Positions 12,001-24,550 of a DNA stretch of 64,000 bases are shown here, in pieces (the first letter of the stretch is position 1; every line of letters begins with the position of its first letter). The notes beneath the pieces were generated by a model that searched no databases, was not told the DNA's origin, and worked only from the letters and a program-made list of their open reading frames with translations. The stretch comes from the human T2T-CHM13v2.0 reference genome, Homo sapiens: the NCBI RefSeq assembly GCF_009914755.1, contig NC_060936.1. The stretch is one strand, 5' to 3'. The translations under genes and the position numbers were made by a program.

Positions 12001-15000
12001 CCAACTTTGTGCCAAATGCTACACTGGATGCTTTCACAGACATTCTTCTACCTAATCCTCTAATAACTGTTTGGGGCAAGTATTGTCCATGTTTTAGACA
12101 ATGAGGAAACCAAGGCTCAGAGAATTTCAGAAACATGTTCAAAATCACAGAGGCGGTGAGTGGTAGGGCAGAGATTCAAACTTTTTGGTCCCTGAACCCA
12201 TGTTGTTTCTACCATTCAATGTTTCCAAAGTAGTATAAGAGTGTGCACCAAAGGAAAAAACAACAACGAAAAAAAACGCCATTGCAAACTATACCATGAA
12301 AACCAATAAATGCCCATCCTCCAGGTGCCTGAGCATGACTTAAAAATAGGGGTGAATCCTATCCACGTATCGGCATCTGGTGTCAAATCATCACAATGAA
12401 CAGTAGCACAAGATCTCAACCTTTGTGTTCACTTATTTTACTCCTCTCTTTACCGTTATTAATAGCTGCAAATAGTAAATTCTAATGGAGCCCATAGGAT
12501 TGCTTTTAAATAAGCAAGGATATAACTCAAAGGTGGATTTCCTCAGCATGTAATGCCTGAAATGTTAGACTTTGTCCATTCCTGTAAATGCTGTAGCAGC
12601 TCTGCATTAGAGCTTCTCACAGCTAACTGCTTTTGTGGTTAATGAACTATTTCAACAGTGCGTCGGCTCTCCTCCCTTCTCAGGATACCCGTTGCCACAT
12701 AAACACACCATTCTGAACAATACCACCCTATTAGCAGATGGTGTTGGATTAACACAATCATCCACAGGTCTGGGCTGGCAGCAGGAGATAGTCAGGGATG
12801 GCGGGATTTGAGAATTTGAGCTCTACAGACTGTTTGGGTCTCTCTGGAGTGTGTTACAGGGTATGAGTTCTGCTCTTCAGAAACCTGGCAGCTGTGATAA
12901 ATGCATTTCCACTGATCATTTCAACCTGCAATTTGCAACATCTGATTCCTTTTATGAGGTTTGGCTATTTCAATGGTGAGACAAAATCAACCCCCAACTT
13001 GGGCTTTGAATTTTCATCATTTTTAAACTTCTGTTTCCCTCACCCCCAAAGAGATTTCCAAAATTTCCCTTTCAGCTGCCTTTCCTCCCCCATACTTCAT
13101 TAGATAGCATTCCCCCATGACACTTTCAGAATTCTCCCCAGATACCAAAAGAATGGGGCTTAGGAGTGTATTTCTTAATCGCCCTGTCTTCATTTTGCTT
13201 TAGTCAATACGCTTAAGGCACAAGTTATTAAAATGTGTATTACTGACTTGACTTTAGGCTTTGAAAGTACAAAGAAGTCTTCTCTTTACACAGCTAGTGG
13301 AGATTGCTGAAAATAATAAGGCCCAAGATGGGAAAATTTCCATTTCGTACTTTTTTAGAGATTCCTCTGAAAAGAGAAGGTAAGCTATGCCAGAAAATAA
13401 AAGTTATCAGGAAGTATCTGCAGAGTGTTCCTGGAGGCAGTTCTCCTCTGGAATCCGAACTGTCAGCTGCACATGGAGCCCGGCTGACTTATGAAGAGCA
13501 TGATGTGGGATCGTTTGGCATTCTGCAAAGGCGGTGGCGTGTGTTGGGGGCCAAGGCGTGCTGGAGACTTTGGGGTCTGCCAGGCTTTCACTCTCTCCAG
13601 ATCGCCCCTGCCTCCCAGCAGGAGCTGACCCAGGCTTAGAAAAGGTTAACTAGCACAAACAGCCATCATTTGTGACGAGTGGGAAAGCCCCATGTGTTGC
13701 CCCAGCTTCTCATTATGAGGCATGAGGGGTGGGTTTTCTCTGTTGTTCAGACGGTTGGCACAGGGTAAATACCCAGCATGCTTCTGCTTTAGGAACTGGA
13801 AGGGCCTGTCTCCCGGCAAGTGTTCGGGGGGGGGGAAAACCCACACCATCGGAAACCCTCCTATTGGTGAGATGGGGGAGGTGAGGGGTGAAGGAGATAG
13901 GGAAAGAATTTGGGTGCAGAATCACTCTTCAGTGTGTGTTGAATAAATTCGTTCACCTAGACCTAATCGGTTCAAATGCTCTATTTTCAGACCCCATCTG
14001 CTTACCTCAAGGAAAGTTTGGGGAACAGCTCTGTCCTATTGTGAGCCCATCATTTTGCAAATCTATTCCCGCCACAGCTCTCATTATAACAGATGTCAGC
14101 AGAGGAATCTGAGCTGTCAGGGAACTGCTGACCATGAAAAGGAGGGGCAGAGGCAAGAAGCGATGCAAACAAAACAGTCGCCCCCATGACACACATAAAC
14201 AGGAATGTTTGTCACAATATTTTCCCACATTGCCCAACAATTCCAGGGGACATATTTCTCAAAGAAAAGGGGGGAAACATCACTGTAAGACTAATGAGGC
14301 AGAATCCATCAAGTTCATCTCCTCCAACTTGAAGGATCTGTAACCCAGTCCTAAAATCGTCTTTCTCTGCAATGAAAATTGATATATATGTATTCCCCAC
14401 AAGAGAGTTTCTTGATGACATTAAAAATAATGTGCCAGCTAACTTTTAGGCTGGGCAGTGGTGTAGAGAGTTTAAGCTTCCATTTTTTAATCTTTTTTTC
14501 TTTTTATAAAACCTGCCACATCCTGAGTTGTGATCAAAAAGGGTCCTAAAATTGTGCATGTGGTAAGAAAGAGAGCACAATTTCTTGCTAGCCCTACCCT
14601 TCTGTCAGAATGTTAGGATAATCCATGAAGCCTGCCTATAGCAGTAGCACAGAATCAAGGGCTGTTTCCCTTGAATACAGTTTTTCTAATCTGGGTCTTC
14701 TGTTGTCAAAAGAAAGCAAAGAGTTGGGTCTTGGAACCAGAGATATTGAGATCACTGGATTTCCTCCCAGCTCATGATTTCAGAGGTTTGAGTAGCAAGT
14801 CCTTTTCATTACATTTTGGGTAAGAGAATATTAACCTGGTAAATATTAAAACTTCACATTCATCAAAATATATCAATTCCTAGAATCTGAGAGACCTCTC
14901 TAAATTCCCATCCAGTATCAAAGCCCATCAGTGATTTTGTTTAAAGACCAAGGCCCTAGCAATATTTCCAGATTGGTGCTTCAGTTGGTTACACAGGTTG

Positions 15001-16061
15001 TTGGTTGAAGACAAATCCCTTCTAAAAGGGCATGCTGGTTCTTTAAGAGTTTTGCTTTAACCTAAACTTTAAAAACTGCATTATGAAGCATTGTGGGATT
15101 ACAGTTTATATATAACTTAGATTATGATCTTTGTTGGCTTTTTTCTGTTTTTAAGACCAAATGATAAGGCAGACTCTGCTGCAATGGCCTATCTGTAAAA
15201 CCTTAACATGTCGCATAAACACACCTTTAAATAAAAATTCCTTGCTATCATGTTCTGCTCTATGCCTCAAAGAAACTCACCTAACTTTTATGCAAGGCAG
15301 CCAGGCAAATGTTAATATCTCCATTTTATAGTTGAAGAAACTGAGGCACTCAAAGAACAAAAGTTTAAAGCTATATCTTCTAACTCCTGGTGCTTCTCCC
15401 TACACCCTGTGTATAAAAAGCTCCATAATTTTTCACACCCATCTGCATGATGGATACCGTGCAGCCGTGAAAAACCAGGTGAGAAAATAATATGTATTAA
15501 AGATGGGAAAACGTTTATAACATACAAAGTAGAAACACTCTAGATACCAAAACTGTGTATGGTATGATCTCAATGTGTTTTATAAATGGACTTATTTATA
15601 TGCTTTGATTAGAAATATGTACAAAATATTGATTATGGTTGTCCCTGAATGGTGAGCATTTTACTTTCTCTTTTATACCTACTTTGTATTTAAAACATTT
15701 TATACAAGAAAATTGTAAAACAATATTGTGCCATCTGGAAAAAAAAACATGTATTTGATTGGCAGTATGTATCACAAGTCATGTTCTAAACTAAAGAAAA
15801 TTTAATAAGAAAGAAAAATAGCTCTATTTTACTTTGTTTAATTCTCAACTTCTGACACAATTATGTATAATATTTTTGACTCTCAGATCTATGACCTCCA
15901 TGACAAAATCAAACACTGTCCTGTGTCATTTGCATGATATGCTTATTAAATTACCATTAGTATATGTGACCTACTAACTGTATGATGAAATATAGAAAAA
16001 TGAGGATGACCGCCGTAACCATTACAGAAGTGTCAGTCTTGCCAGCCTCCTCTAACAACAG

Positions 16062-16263
16062 GGCAGACACAGAGTCGAGTCTTCAAAGAGGTCACATCAA
16101 AACGCCCCTGCCCCACAGGCAAGGTGAAGCGCGGATCACGGAGACAACGGGGAATTGTGTTTCTGCTGGCATGACTGGAACCAATGCCAATCACACAAAA
16201 GTTCACCCTACGGTTCAGTCCTTGACAGAATATGATTCCTTTCAGACTCATTCCACCAGCAGA
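16062..16263 (+). ncRNA. Candidate spliced exon, probably of a lncRNA
   Basis: Acceptor cctcctctaacaacag| and donor aga|gtgagt; unique, CpG-retaining sequence in an AT-rich context; one frame open. Confidence 0.4.
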
Positions 16264-16827
16264 GTGAGTTTCTAAACATTCTCCAGCTGCATTTCATAAT
16301 ACTAACGATATAAATGAATATTTAGTCGAGAGCATTAACTTTTTGCAACAATGGTGGTTATGTCCTCTAACTCAATAATTGCTATACTTACCAAATACTA
16401 TGGGAATTTGTCATTGCTGAAAACAGCAAATTAGTTTTGGGGAACTTGAATTTTCTTAAATTGTCCCTTCCCAGACAGGAATTCATTCTGGCAGTATAAA
16501 GTTGAATATTGCTAGTACCCCAGAAGACCTTCCAGCTAATCTGATTCTCTTTAGTTCAGTATCTTCAACAGCTACTGTGGTCTTTCTGGTTGCTCTCGTC
16601 CATTGTGCTTTTGGTCCTCATGGGTCTCAGCTCAGACACATTTTCTCTCTGGTCCCAATTTTCCACAAAAATGTCCTCTGGATGACCCCCGGGTCTATGT
16701 AAACAGTAAAACTGCCATGCCAGGCATGGTCTGGGGAACCAAAGCTCACACTGTATTCTAGATAGTTAATGTTCTGAAGCTACATTTGAAAGCAACATTT
16801 TCTGAGATAACTTTTGCGGCACATATT

Positions 16828-16911
16828 TTATGTTGAAATATATGAAATTGACATTTTTGTTGGTCAAAAATGGTCAAATGTCTGCAACTTGATTTTGGTG
16901 ATTCACACAAT
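16828..16911. mobile_element. MADE2 mariner MITE
   Basis: ~80-bp match to the MADE2 pattern (atatgaaattgacatttttgttggtcaaaaatggtcaaat). Confidence 0.7.
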
Positions 16912-17049
16912 ATTCACCAAGCTACAAATTTTCAAATCACAGAACCAGATTATAATCCACTGAAAATAAATAACATAGGTTTATATGCTATTCTCCTTCT
17001 TTTTGATAAATGATAACCTTTCAACGATAGCACTTTCATGGGCAGAGAA

Positions 17050-17262
17050 ATGCTTTGTGTGGAGTCACTGCCTAGGTTTAAACACTAGCCCAGCACTTAC
17101 CAATAGTGCAGTCTTGGGCAAGTCTTAATTTCTCTAAGCCTCGGTTTCCTCATCTGCAAAATGGGGATAATACAGCACCTGCTTCATGTGGTCATTGTAC
17201 AAATTAAATGAAGTATATTAAGTGCTTAGCCCCATGCTTAGGCATACAGTGAGTGCTCAACA
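17050..17262 (+). mobile_element. MIR
   Basis: Core cttgggcaagt...tctaagcctcggtttcctcatctgcaaaatggggataata. Confidence 0.85.
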
Positions 17263-17883
17263 AATTAAATTCTTCAATTCAATCAACAAAAATAGATTAA
17301 GGACCTATATCTCTGAAAATACTTATCCTCATTGAACTTACATTCTTGTGGGCATTATTGTTTTATCAAAATTATTTGATGGCTATTTAAAATTTTTTCA
17401 TACACGAAAAATATCTGCCAATCTCTGTGTAGAGGTAGAGTTAAACTCAAATAAATACCACAGAAATTCTTCTGAGGCTCACATGCTTACATGCTCTGGA
17501 AGAGAAGAAAGGGAAGAAAATGTGGAGATACATCATAATTACCACTGTTTTCCTATTCCTGCAATTATGCTGCTGACTACATGCCAAGCGAGACTAAAGG
17601 GATCCATGACCCATAAAAGGAATCCCCAGTACTACTTTCTGGGTATGAGTCTAGCCTCGGATATGAAGAGCTGGTCATGGATCTTCACTCCCAACCTTGT
17701 GTCACAAGTAGAATGAATGAGCTCATTCATTCATTCCACAAATACTTACTTCACATTTACTATGCCCTTGTCACTGTCCTAAAGATACAGCAATGAAAGG
17801 AGACTGTCTTCTTTCCTCAAGAAACTTACCGTATGATTGGAGAAAATATGAAATGAATAAGCAATTATGGTAACCGGTAATAA

Positions 17884-18410
17884 GTGGGGTGAGACGGTTC
17901 TCTATGGGTCTCTCACAACTCTGCATGTCTTGCAAGCAGAAGCATTAACTGCCCTTTTGCTCAGACTATCTTTTCAGAAATGTTTGTATAGCCAACAGCC
18001 TGGGAAGACAGAAATAGGATTTCCCTCTAGAAGAAAAGGCAAGTTTGTTTACTGTTCAGTATGATAAAGATAATGTCTTTCCCTGGGGTAAGTGTTTGCT
18101 TGCAACCCAATAAGAAAGATTCAGGTTCTCTAAGCTCGGGATTCCTTTCCTGTAATACAACCACAACATGTGCAAGTATCACCTGGCCCTTATTATCTCA
18201 ATCTATGGAGACTGAGCTCAGGAAATCAGGGCAGGAAAGCAGTGATACTTTGTCTACTGTTATTTCTAGTAATCCTTCCCTTGTCTCTGACCCAAGAGCC
18301 TTGTGTCCTCTGCCAGAATGTGAGAGACTATGGCAGGCCAACATTTTGGAGTAATCTTCCCAGAAAGTAGGGATAGAGAAGCTAAATCCTGAAAGTTTGG
18401 TACAGTTCAC
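17884..18410 (+). mobile_element. ERVL-type solo LTR (MER54/MER73-like)
   Basis: tgagacggttctctatgggtctctcac...gactatcttttcag; TAATAA on both flanks. Confidence 0.65.
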
Positions 18411-18512
18411 ATAATAAAGGGGAAGAAAAGTTGCCTCAGATGGAAAGGATAGTTTTATAACAAGACTGGGTATGGTAGGCCCATTCAGGGAACTGTGAGA
18501 CATTCAAGACTG

Positions 18513-18601
18513 AAGTATAAAATACAAGCATAACTTATATTAGATATAAGTATAAAATATAAGCATAACTTATATTATATATAAGTATAAAATATAAGCA
18601 T
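18513..18601. repeat. 35-bp AT-rich tandem repeat, ~2.5 copies
   Basis: Unit aagtataaaataYaagcataacttatattaKatat. Confidence 0.92.
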
Positions 18602-18983
18602 GAACTACTGCACCCAGCTTTTTTTTTTTAAATCGAACCTTCCACCAAGTAGCTGGGATTATGGGTGTGGCTATAGTGCTTATATGAGGCTACAGAGGTT
18701 GGTAGATCATGGGAGCCTTGTGTGCCAGGCTAAGGAGGTTATATGTTATTCTAAGGGCAAGAGAGACTCTTCAAAGGGTTTAAAGTAGGGAGGTAATATA
18801 TCAGATTTATTCTTCAAAAAAATCAAAATAGCTATCTCTTGGAGAATGGATTGGAGAGAGGCAAAGCTGGAGGATGAGATGCTATATGAAGCCATAAAAA
18901 TAATCTAGGCAAGACATGTTGAGGACATGAACTCTAAAAATAGCAGTGGGAATGGAGGGAAGTAGATCTGTGAGATAATAAGA

Positions 18984-19281
18984 ATTTTTTTATTTTTAGA
19001 TGGGTTCTCACTTTGCTACCCAGGCTGGAGTGCAGTGGCACCATTTCAGCTCACTGCAACCTAGATTGCCTGGTCTCAATCGACCCTCTCACCTTAGGCT
19101 CCAGAGTAGCCAGGGACCATAGGCATATGTCACCACCTCCAACAAATTATTTTTTATTATTTGTAGAGATGCTCTCTCGCTATGTTGCCCAAGCTGGTCT
19201 TGAACTCCTGGCAGCAAGCGGTCCTCCTGCCTTGACCTCCCAAAGTGCTAGGATTACAGGCATGAACTACTATGCCTGGCT
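18984..19281 (-). mobile_element. AluJ
   Basis: Reverse Alu with TSD gataataag. Confidence 0.92.
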
Positions 19282-19989
19282 GATAATAAGGAATTGTAAG
19301 AATGAATTGATTGATAGTTGGTAGGTTGGTTGGATTGGAGGTGGTTGGTTGGATTAGGAGCAGTTGTGGGGACTGGTTAGATGTCAAAGATGAGAGTCAA
19401 TAATGAACCTCAGTTTTCTAACTTAAGCAACAAAGTAGATGATGGGACCATTCTCTGAGAGAGGAACACAAGAGTAAGGGTGGTTGGGGATGATTTAGAT
19501 CTGTACATCTTGAGTTTGAAATGTCTTTGGCTCTCTAAGTGGTAATATCAGGTAAAGGGAAAGGTATGGGTGTCGATCTCAGGAAACAGAACTGGGCTGA
19601 GATTTAGGCTTAGGAATCTTTAACATATAGATGTCAATTGAAGCAATGGCCATAAATAAGAGTAGCCAGGGAAAATATACAGAATGAAAAGATAATAGTG
19701 TAGAGGATGGCACTTTGGAGAGAAGGCCTTAAAGATGAACTCAATAAGGAGTAAGACATTGGCAAGAAGGATGAGACCATCCCTCCCCCAGCCATCACAT
19801 GTCCAACAACTGGGATGAAAGAGAAGGGTGCCACAAGCTCTTGGCAAGAAACCAACCCCAACATCCATAGCCTGATGACCACCACTGCATTTGAGACAGA
19901 AGGACCAATCTCATTATGTCCTTTCTCCTTTTCTCCCTTTGCTCTTGTCACTCTCCACAAGAAGCCCAGAGTGCCCAGGTGACTCCCCA

Positions 19990-20315
19990 CCTTTTAAACT
20001 TCCATCCCAATAAATGCCACCTCATCAGCGAGGCCTTCCCTTACCGCCCTTAAAATTCCAGTTTCTCCTATATGTTCCTATCCCCCTTTTTTATTTTTTG
20101 TATAGTGTTTATTACTGTCTAACATGCTATATTGTCTACCTTTTTTAATTTGGCGATTGTCTGTCTCTTTCTGCTAGGATGAAAACCCTATGAGAGCAGA
20201 GGGATTTTTTTTTAATTGTATTCACTACTCTTGCCCCAGGACTTAGTATATAGTGCCTGGCCCATAGCTCATTCTCAATTACTATTTTCTGAATGAATGA
20301 ATGAATGAATGAATC
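19990..20315 (+). mobile_element. L2 3' end
   Basis: agtgcctggcccatag...ctcaatt followed by the (GAAT)n tail. Confidence 0.85.
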
Positions 20316-21551
20316 TGAAGGGTATGGTATTTCATTTTGTTAGAAATAATACATGGTGTTTTTTATTTATGTTCCCTTTAGCAAAGACAGCTTCCAGTTC
20401 TAGCACAGAAGAGAAAGAAATAGAATTTTCCAGAAAATCTCAAAGATAGCCTCCTTCAGAAGGGTTGGTGAGTGGTTCCATTGTCTGGGGTAGTTATTGC
20501 AAATCAGATAGTTTGCGTTCTTAAGGTTTATGAAAAAAAAAAACACCTATTAAACCGAGGGATCCCTAGCTATCATATTCCATGGAAGAAAGAGAAAACT
20601 GTGGTTTGACTTCCATAGAACTAAAGTATATCAGAACAAATCTGGTTCAATATTTCTAGAGCTGGCTGACACCAAGAAAGTGGTGACTTGCAAGAGTTTT
20701 ACCAACACAAAACTGCAGCCATAATCAAACACAACCATAATCTTTTGGCAATTCCTAAGTCTTTCCTATATAGAATTGCTGAGAAGTGGCTGTAGAGAGG
20801 ACTGAAAGGGGAGCGCTACCATCTTGGAAGTCAAAGCTATGGAATCCTCAACCTCCTTTAGCCCTTCCTTCTGAAGGACTGACCTCATTCTCCTTGGAAG
20901 AACTAAAGCACATTCTTTATAGCCCCAGTCTCTGACAAACATTCCATGGGGCTGCTAGAAGCAATAGCAGTAATGGATTAAGCAGACACCAGGTCTCCCC
21001 CAACTTAGGCTTTGTAAGCCTTCAGAATAGTTGGATAATATAAAGTTAGCAGCTTCAAGAAAAAGATAATGGATTTCCTGTTAATTAAGCATGAGGCAGT
21101 TTTATCTTAAAAAGGGAGATTTGTGGCTGTATTTCTATTATGAATTTGTAAAAAGAAAATTATGCCAGTATACCAGTTTTTCCAGACACTAAAGGAAGAA
21201 ACAACTTTATGAAGAAGAGAGTAGTCACCAATATCTGCTGCAAAGAAAAAAGCTTAAAGTCTTAGGAGTATTTAGTAGATTAAACCACAAGAGATCACTT
21301 ATAACCTTGTTCCACATTCACAGGGAGATTGTGGGGACAGAAGCCAGATGAAAATGAGTTGAAGAAAAATTGGGAGGTGAGAAAGTGAAAATGGAATGTG
21401 CATTCTTTCCAAAAAGAATTCTAGTAAAGCAGAAGAGAGATATCTAAGCTGCTAGCTGGGAAGAAAAATGGAATCCAGAAAGGTTTGCTGAAGAGGTAAA
21501 AGATTTGCTCATGTTAAAATACAGATGGAAGAATGCAGTAGAGAGGAAGAG

Positions 21552-22055
21552 TGTAACAGATACTGTTTACATTTTATTTTATTGACAAGCAGCATTCATC
21601 CCCAATCCTTCCACGTTTTCCTCTGTCTCAGGGGCTGGAGGCCTGGAAACTACAACTCTCAGAGTCCCTTAGAAGGTGTCCATTTAGAGTTCACCAATGA
21701 GAGGCCCTGGCACAAAATTGAAAAGGCAGAAGACAAGTAGAAGTCATTATTGCCTCTGTGGGAACAAAGAATGGCAAAGGACTGGCATAAAGTTTGTCAG
21801 ACCTCCAGGCATCTTCCTGTGAATCATCCACTTGGGTGATTCAACTACTGAGATCATTGGTGGCACTTTTCTGTGATTTCTGGATAAACTGTTTTTCTGA
21901 AAGCTAGTAATGGCTTTTCTGGCCTTTGCCCCCCTCCCACACCCAACCCTTCCAACAGTTTTGTGAGCCTCCAAGTCCCTGTATTATATCTCTCCCTGCT
22001 TGAAATACCTAGAGTGGTTTCTGTTTTCCTGGCCAAATCCTTATGGATCCAAGGA
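21552..22055 (+). mobile_element. LTR33-like ERVL LTR
   Basis: gaggcctggaaactacaactctcagagtccctt; ends cttgaaatacctagagtggtttctgttttcctg. Confidence 0.65.
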
Positions 22056-22768
22056 GACTGAGGAAGCAAGAGAGAGCAGGGCATTTTATGGAATGAGGAC
22101 ATTGAGATAATGGAAGGGGATGAGATTCAGAATTTGAGTGAAGGGGTGGGCCTTAAAGAGGGGGAGGAGTACTTCTTTATCTCAGAAAAGCGAAGAAGGC
22201 AAGCACGAGTACAAATAGAGCAAAATGAAACAGAAGCACAGGATATCCAAAAGTTCTGTTCTCTCTCAGAGGTAAGAATAACAATTGCTAACATTTATGG
22301 ATCCCATCACATACATCAAACAGTGCTAAGGACTTCAAATGTATTAGTTCATTTAATGTTTACCATGATGTAATAAACATAATTATTATCACCTCCATAT
22401 TACAAAGGAGGGAGGCAAAGTAGAAAGACATTGAGTGCAGAGTGAGAATTGAGTTTAGGCAGTCCATCTCTAGACATATATCTGTGCATGTGTGTATGTG
22501 TGTGTGTGTGGGTATGTGTGCATAAAATCAATTGCACAGGCTTGGATTAATATTATGCTTGGTTCTTTTTTTTTTAATAAGGAAAAAACACCTATCAACC
22601 ACTATCCAATGCATGAACTTGAATACTGACAAGCTACATCTACCTGTGTGTTTCCCCAGTTCTGTTCCCACGCCTCTTCCCATCTGAAATAATCATTATA
22701 CTGAATCTTGTCTTCATCATACCTTTACTTTTTAAAATATATCTTATGTCATGTATGTACGTTCCTAA

Positions 22769-23082
<314 letters not shown>

Positions 23083-23195
23083 GTATATTTAATTTTTAAT
23101 TTTTCTTAACTTTAATAAAAAGGTGACATGCTAAACGTAATCTTCTGAGACAATTTTTTACTTCATACTTTATTGAACATGAGGCCATGAGGTCG

Positions 23196-23520
23196 TTTTT
23201 TGTTTTTGTTTTTGTTTTTGTTTTTGTTTTTGTTTTTGTTTCTTGAGACAGTCTTGCTTTGTCACCCAGGCTGCAGTGCAGTGGAGCAATCAGCTCACTG
23301 CAACCTCTGCCTCCTGGGTTCAAGCGATTCTCCTGCCTCAGCCTCCTGAGTAGCTAGGATTACAGGCACATGCCACCATGCTCAGCTAATTTTTGTATTT
23401 TTAGTAGAGACAGGGTTTCACCATGTTGGTCAGGCTGTTCTCGAACTCCTGACCTCATGATCTGCCTGCCGCAGCCTCCCAAAGTGCTGAGATTACAGGT
23501 GTGAGCTACCGCGCCCGGCC
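23196..23520 (-). mobile_element. AluS with (TTTTTG)n tail
   Basis: Reverse Alu; TSD gaggtc on both flanks. Confidence 0.95.
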
Positions 23521-24107
23521 GAGGTCATGTTTCTCATCTGCACTTCTCAATTCTTCCATATTATTACTGATACTTTTGTCTACTTGATCTATCAATTACT
23601 AAGAAAGGAGTGTTAAAATATCCCTAGTATGATTGTAGATTTGTCATTTTCTCCTTGTAGTTACTTTTGATTTTGTGCATTTTGAGGGTATGTTGCTAGG
23701 CGAATACACCTTTAGAATGTTTATATTTTTCCCACACATTGAGCCGTTTCTTGTTATGCAGTAACTTTCATTATTTCTCATAGTGTTTTTTGCCTTCAGG
23801 TCTAAAATTATTAATATTGCAACCGCAGCTTTCCTGTGGCCTGCTATATCATTTCCTATCCATTTATCTCCAATCTTTCTGTATCCTGATGCTTCAAGTT
23901 TATCTCTTTTAAATAGCATGTGACTGTATTTTTTTAAACCCAGTCTGACAGTCTTTATATTTCAACTGGAACATTTACCACTTAATTTTCTGCAATGACA
24001 GCTATATTTGGGTTTTCTTCTACCAATTTATTTTGTACTCTGTATTTGCCTCACATTTTGTGTTTAGTTTTTCCTTCTTTCTTGCCTTCCTCTGAATTGA
24101 ATGAATT

Positions 24108-24455
<348 letters not shown>

Positions 24456-24550
24456 TAGAAGTTACAATCACTATTTCTATTATTTTAAAGATTTCCATAT
24501 AAATTACAGAATTCCCATTTAAGTTGTCTTTATCTCAAATTAATCACATA

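Larger units (their letters stand above)
17720..19780 (-). mobile_element. Fragmented L2, interrupted by an LTR, a tandem repeat and an AluJ
   Basis: Begins with the reverse L2 tail (tcattcattcattc...tactatg); L2 body motifs such as ggagaatggattggagag and catcttgagtttgaaatgtct. Confidence 0.75.
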
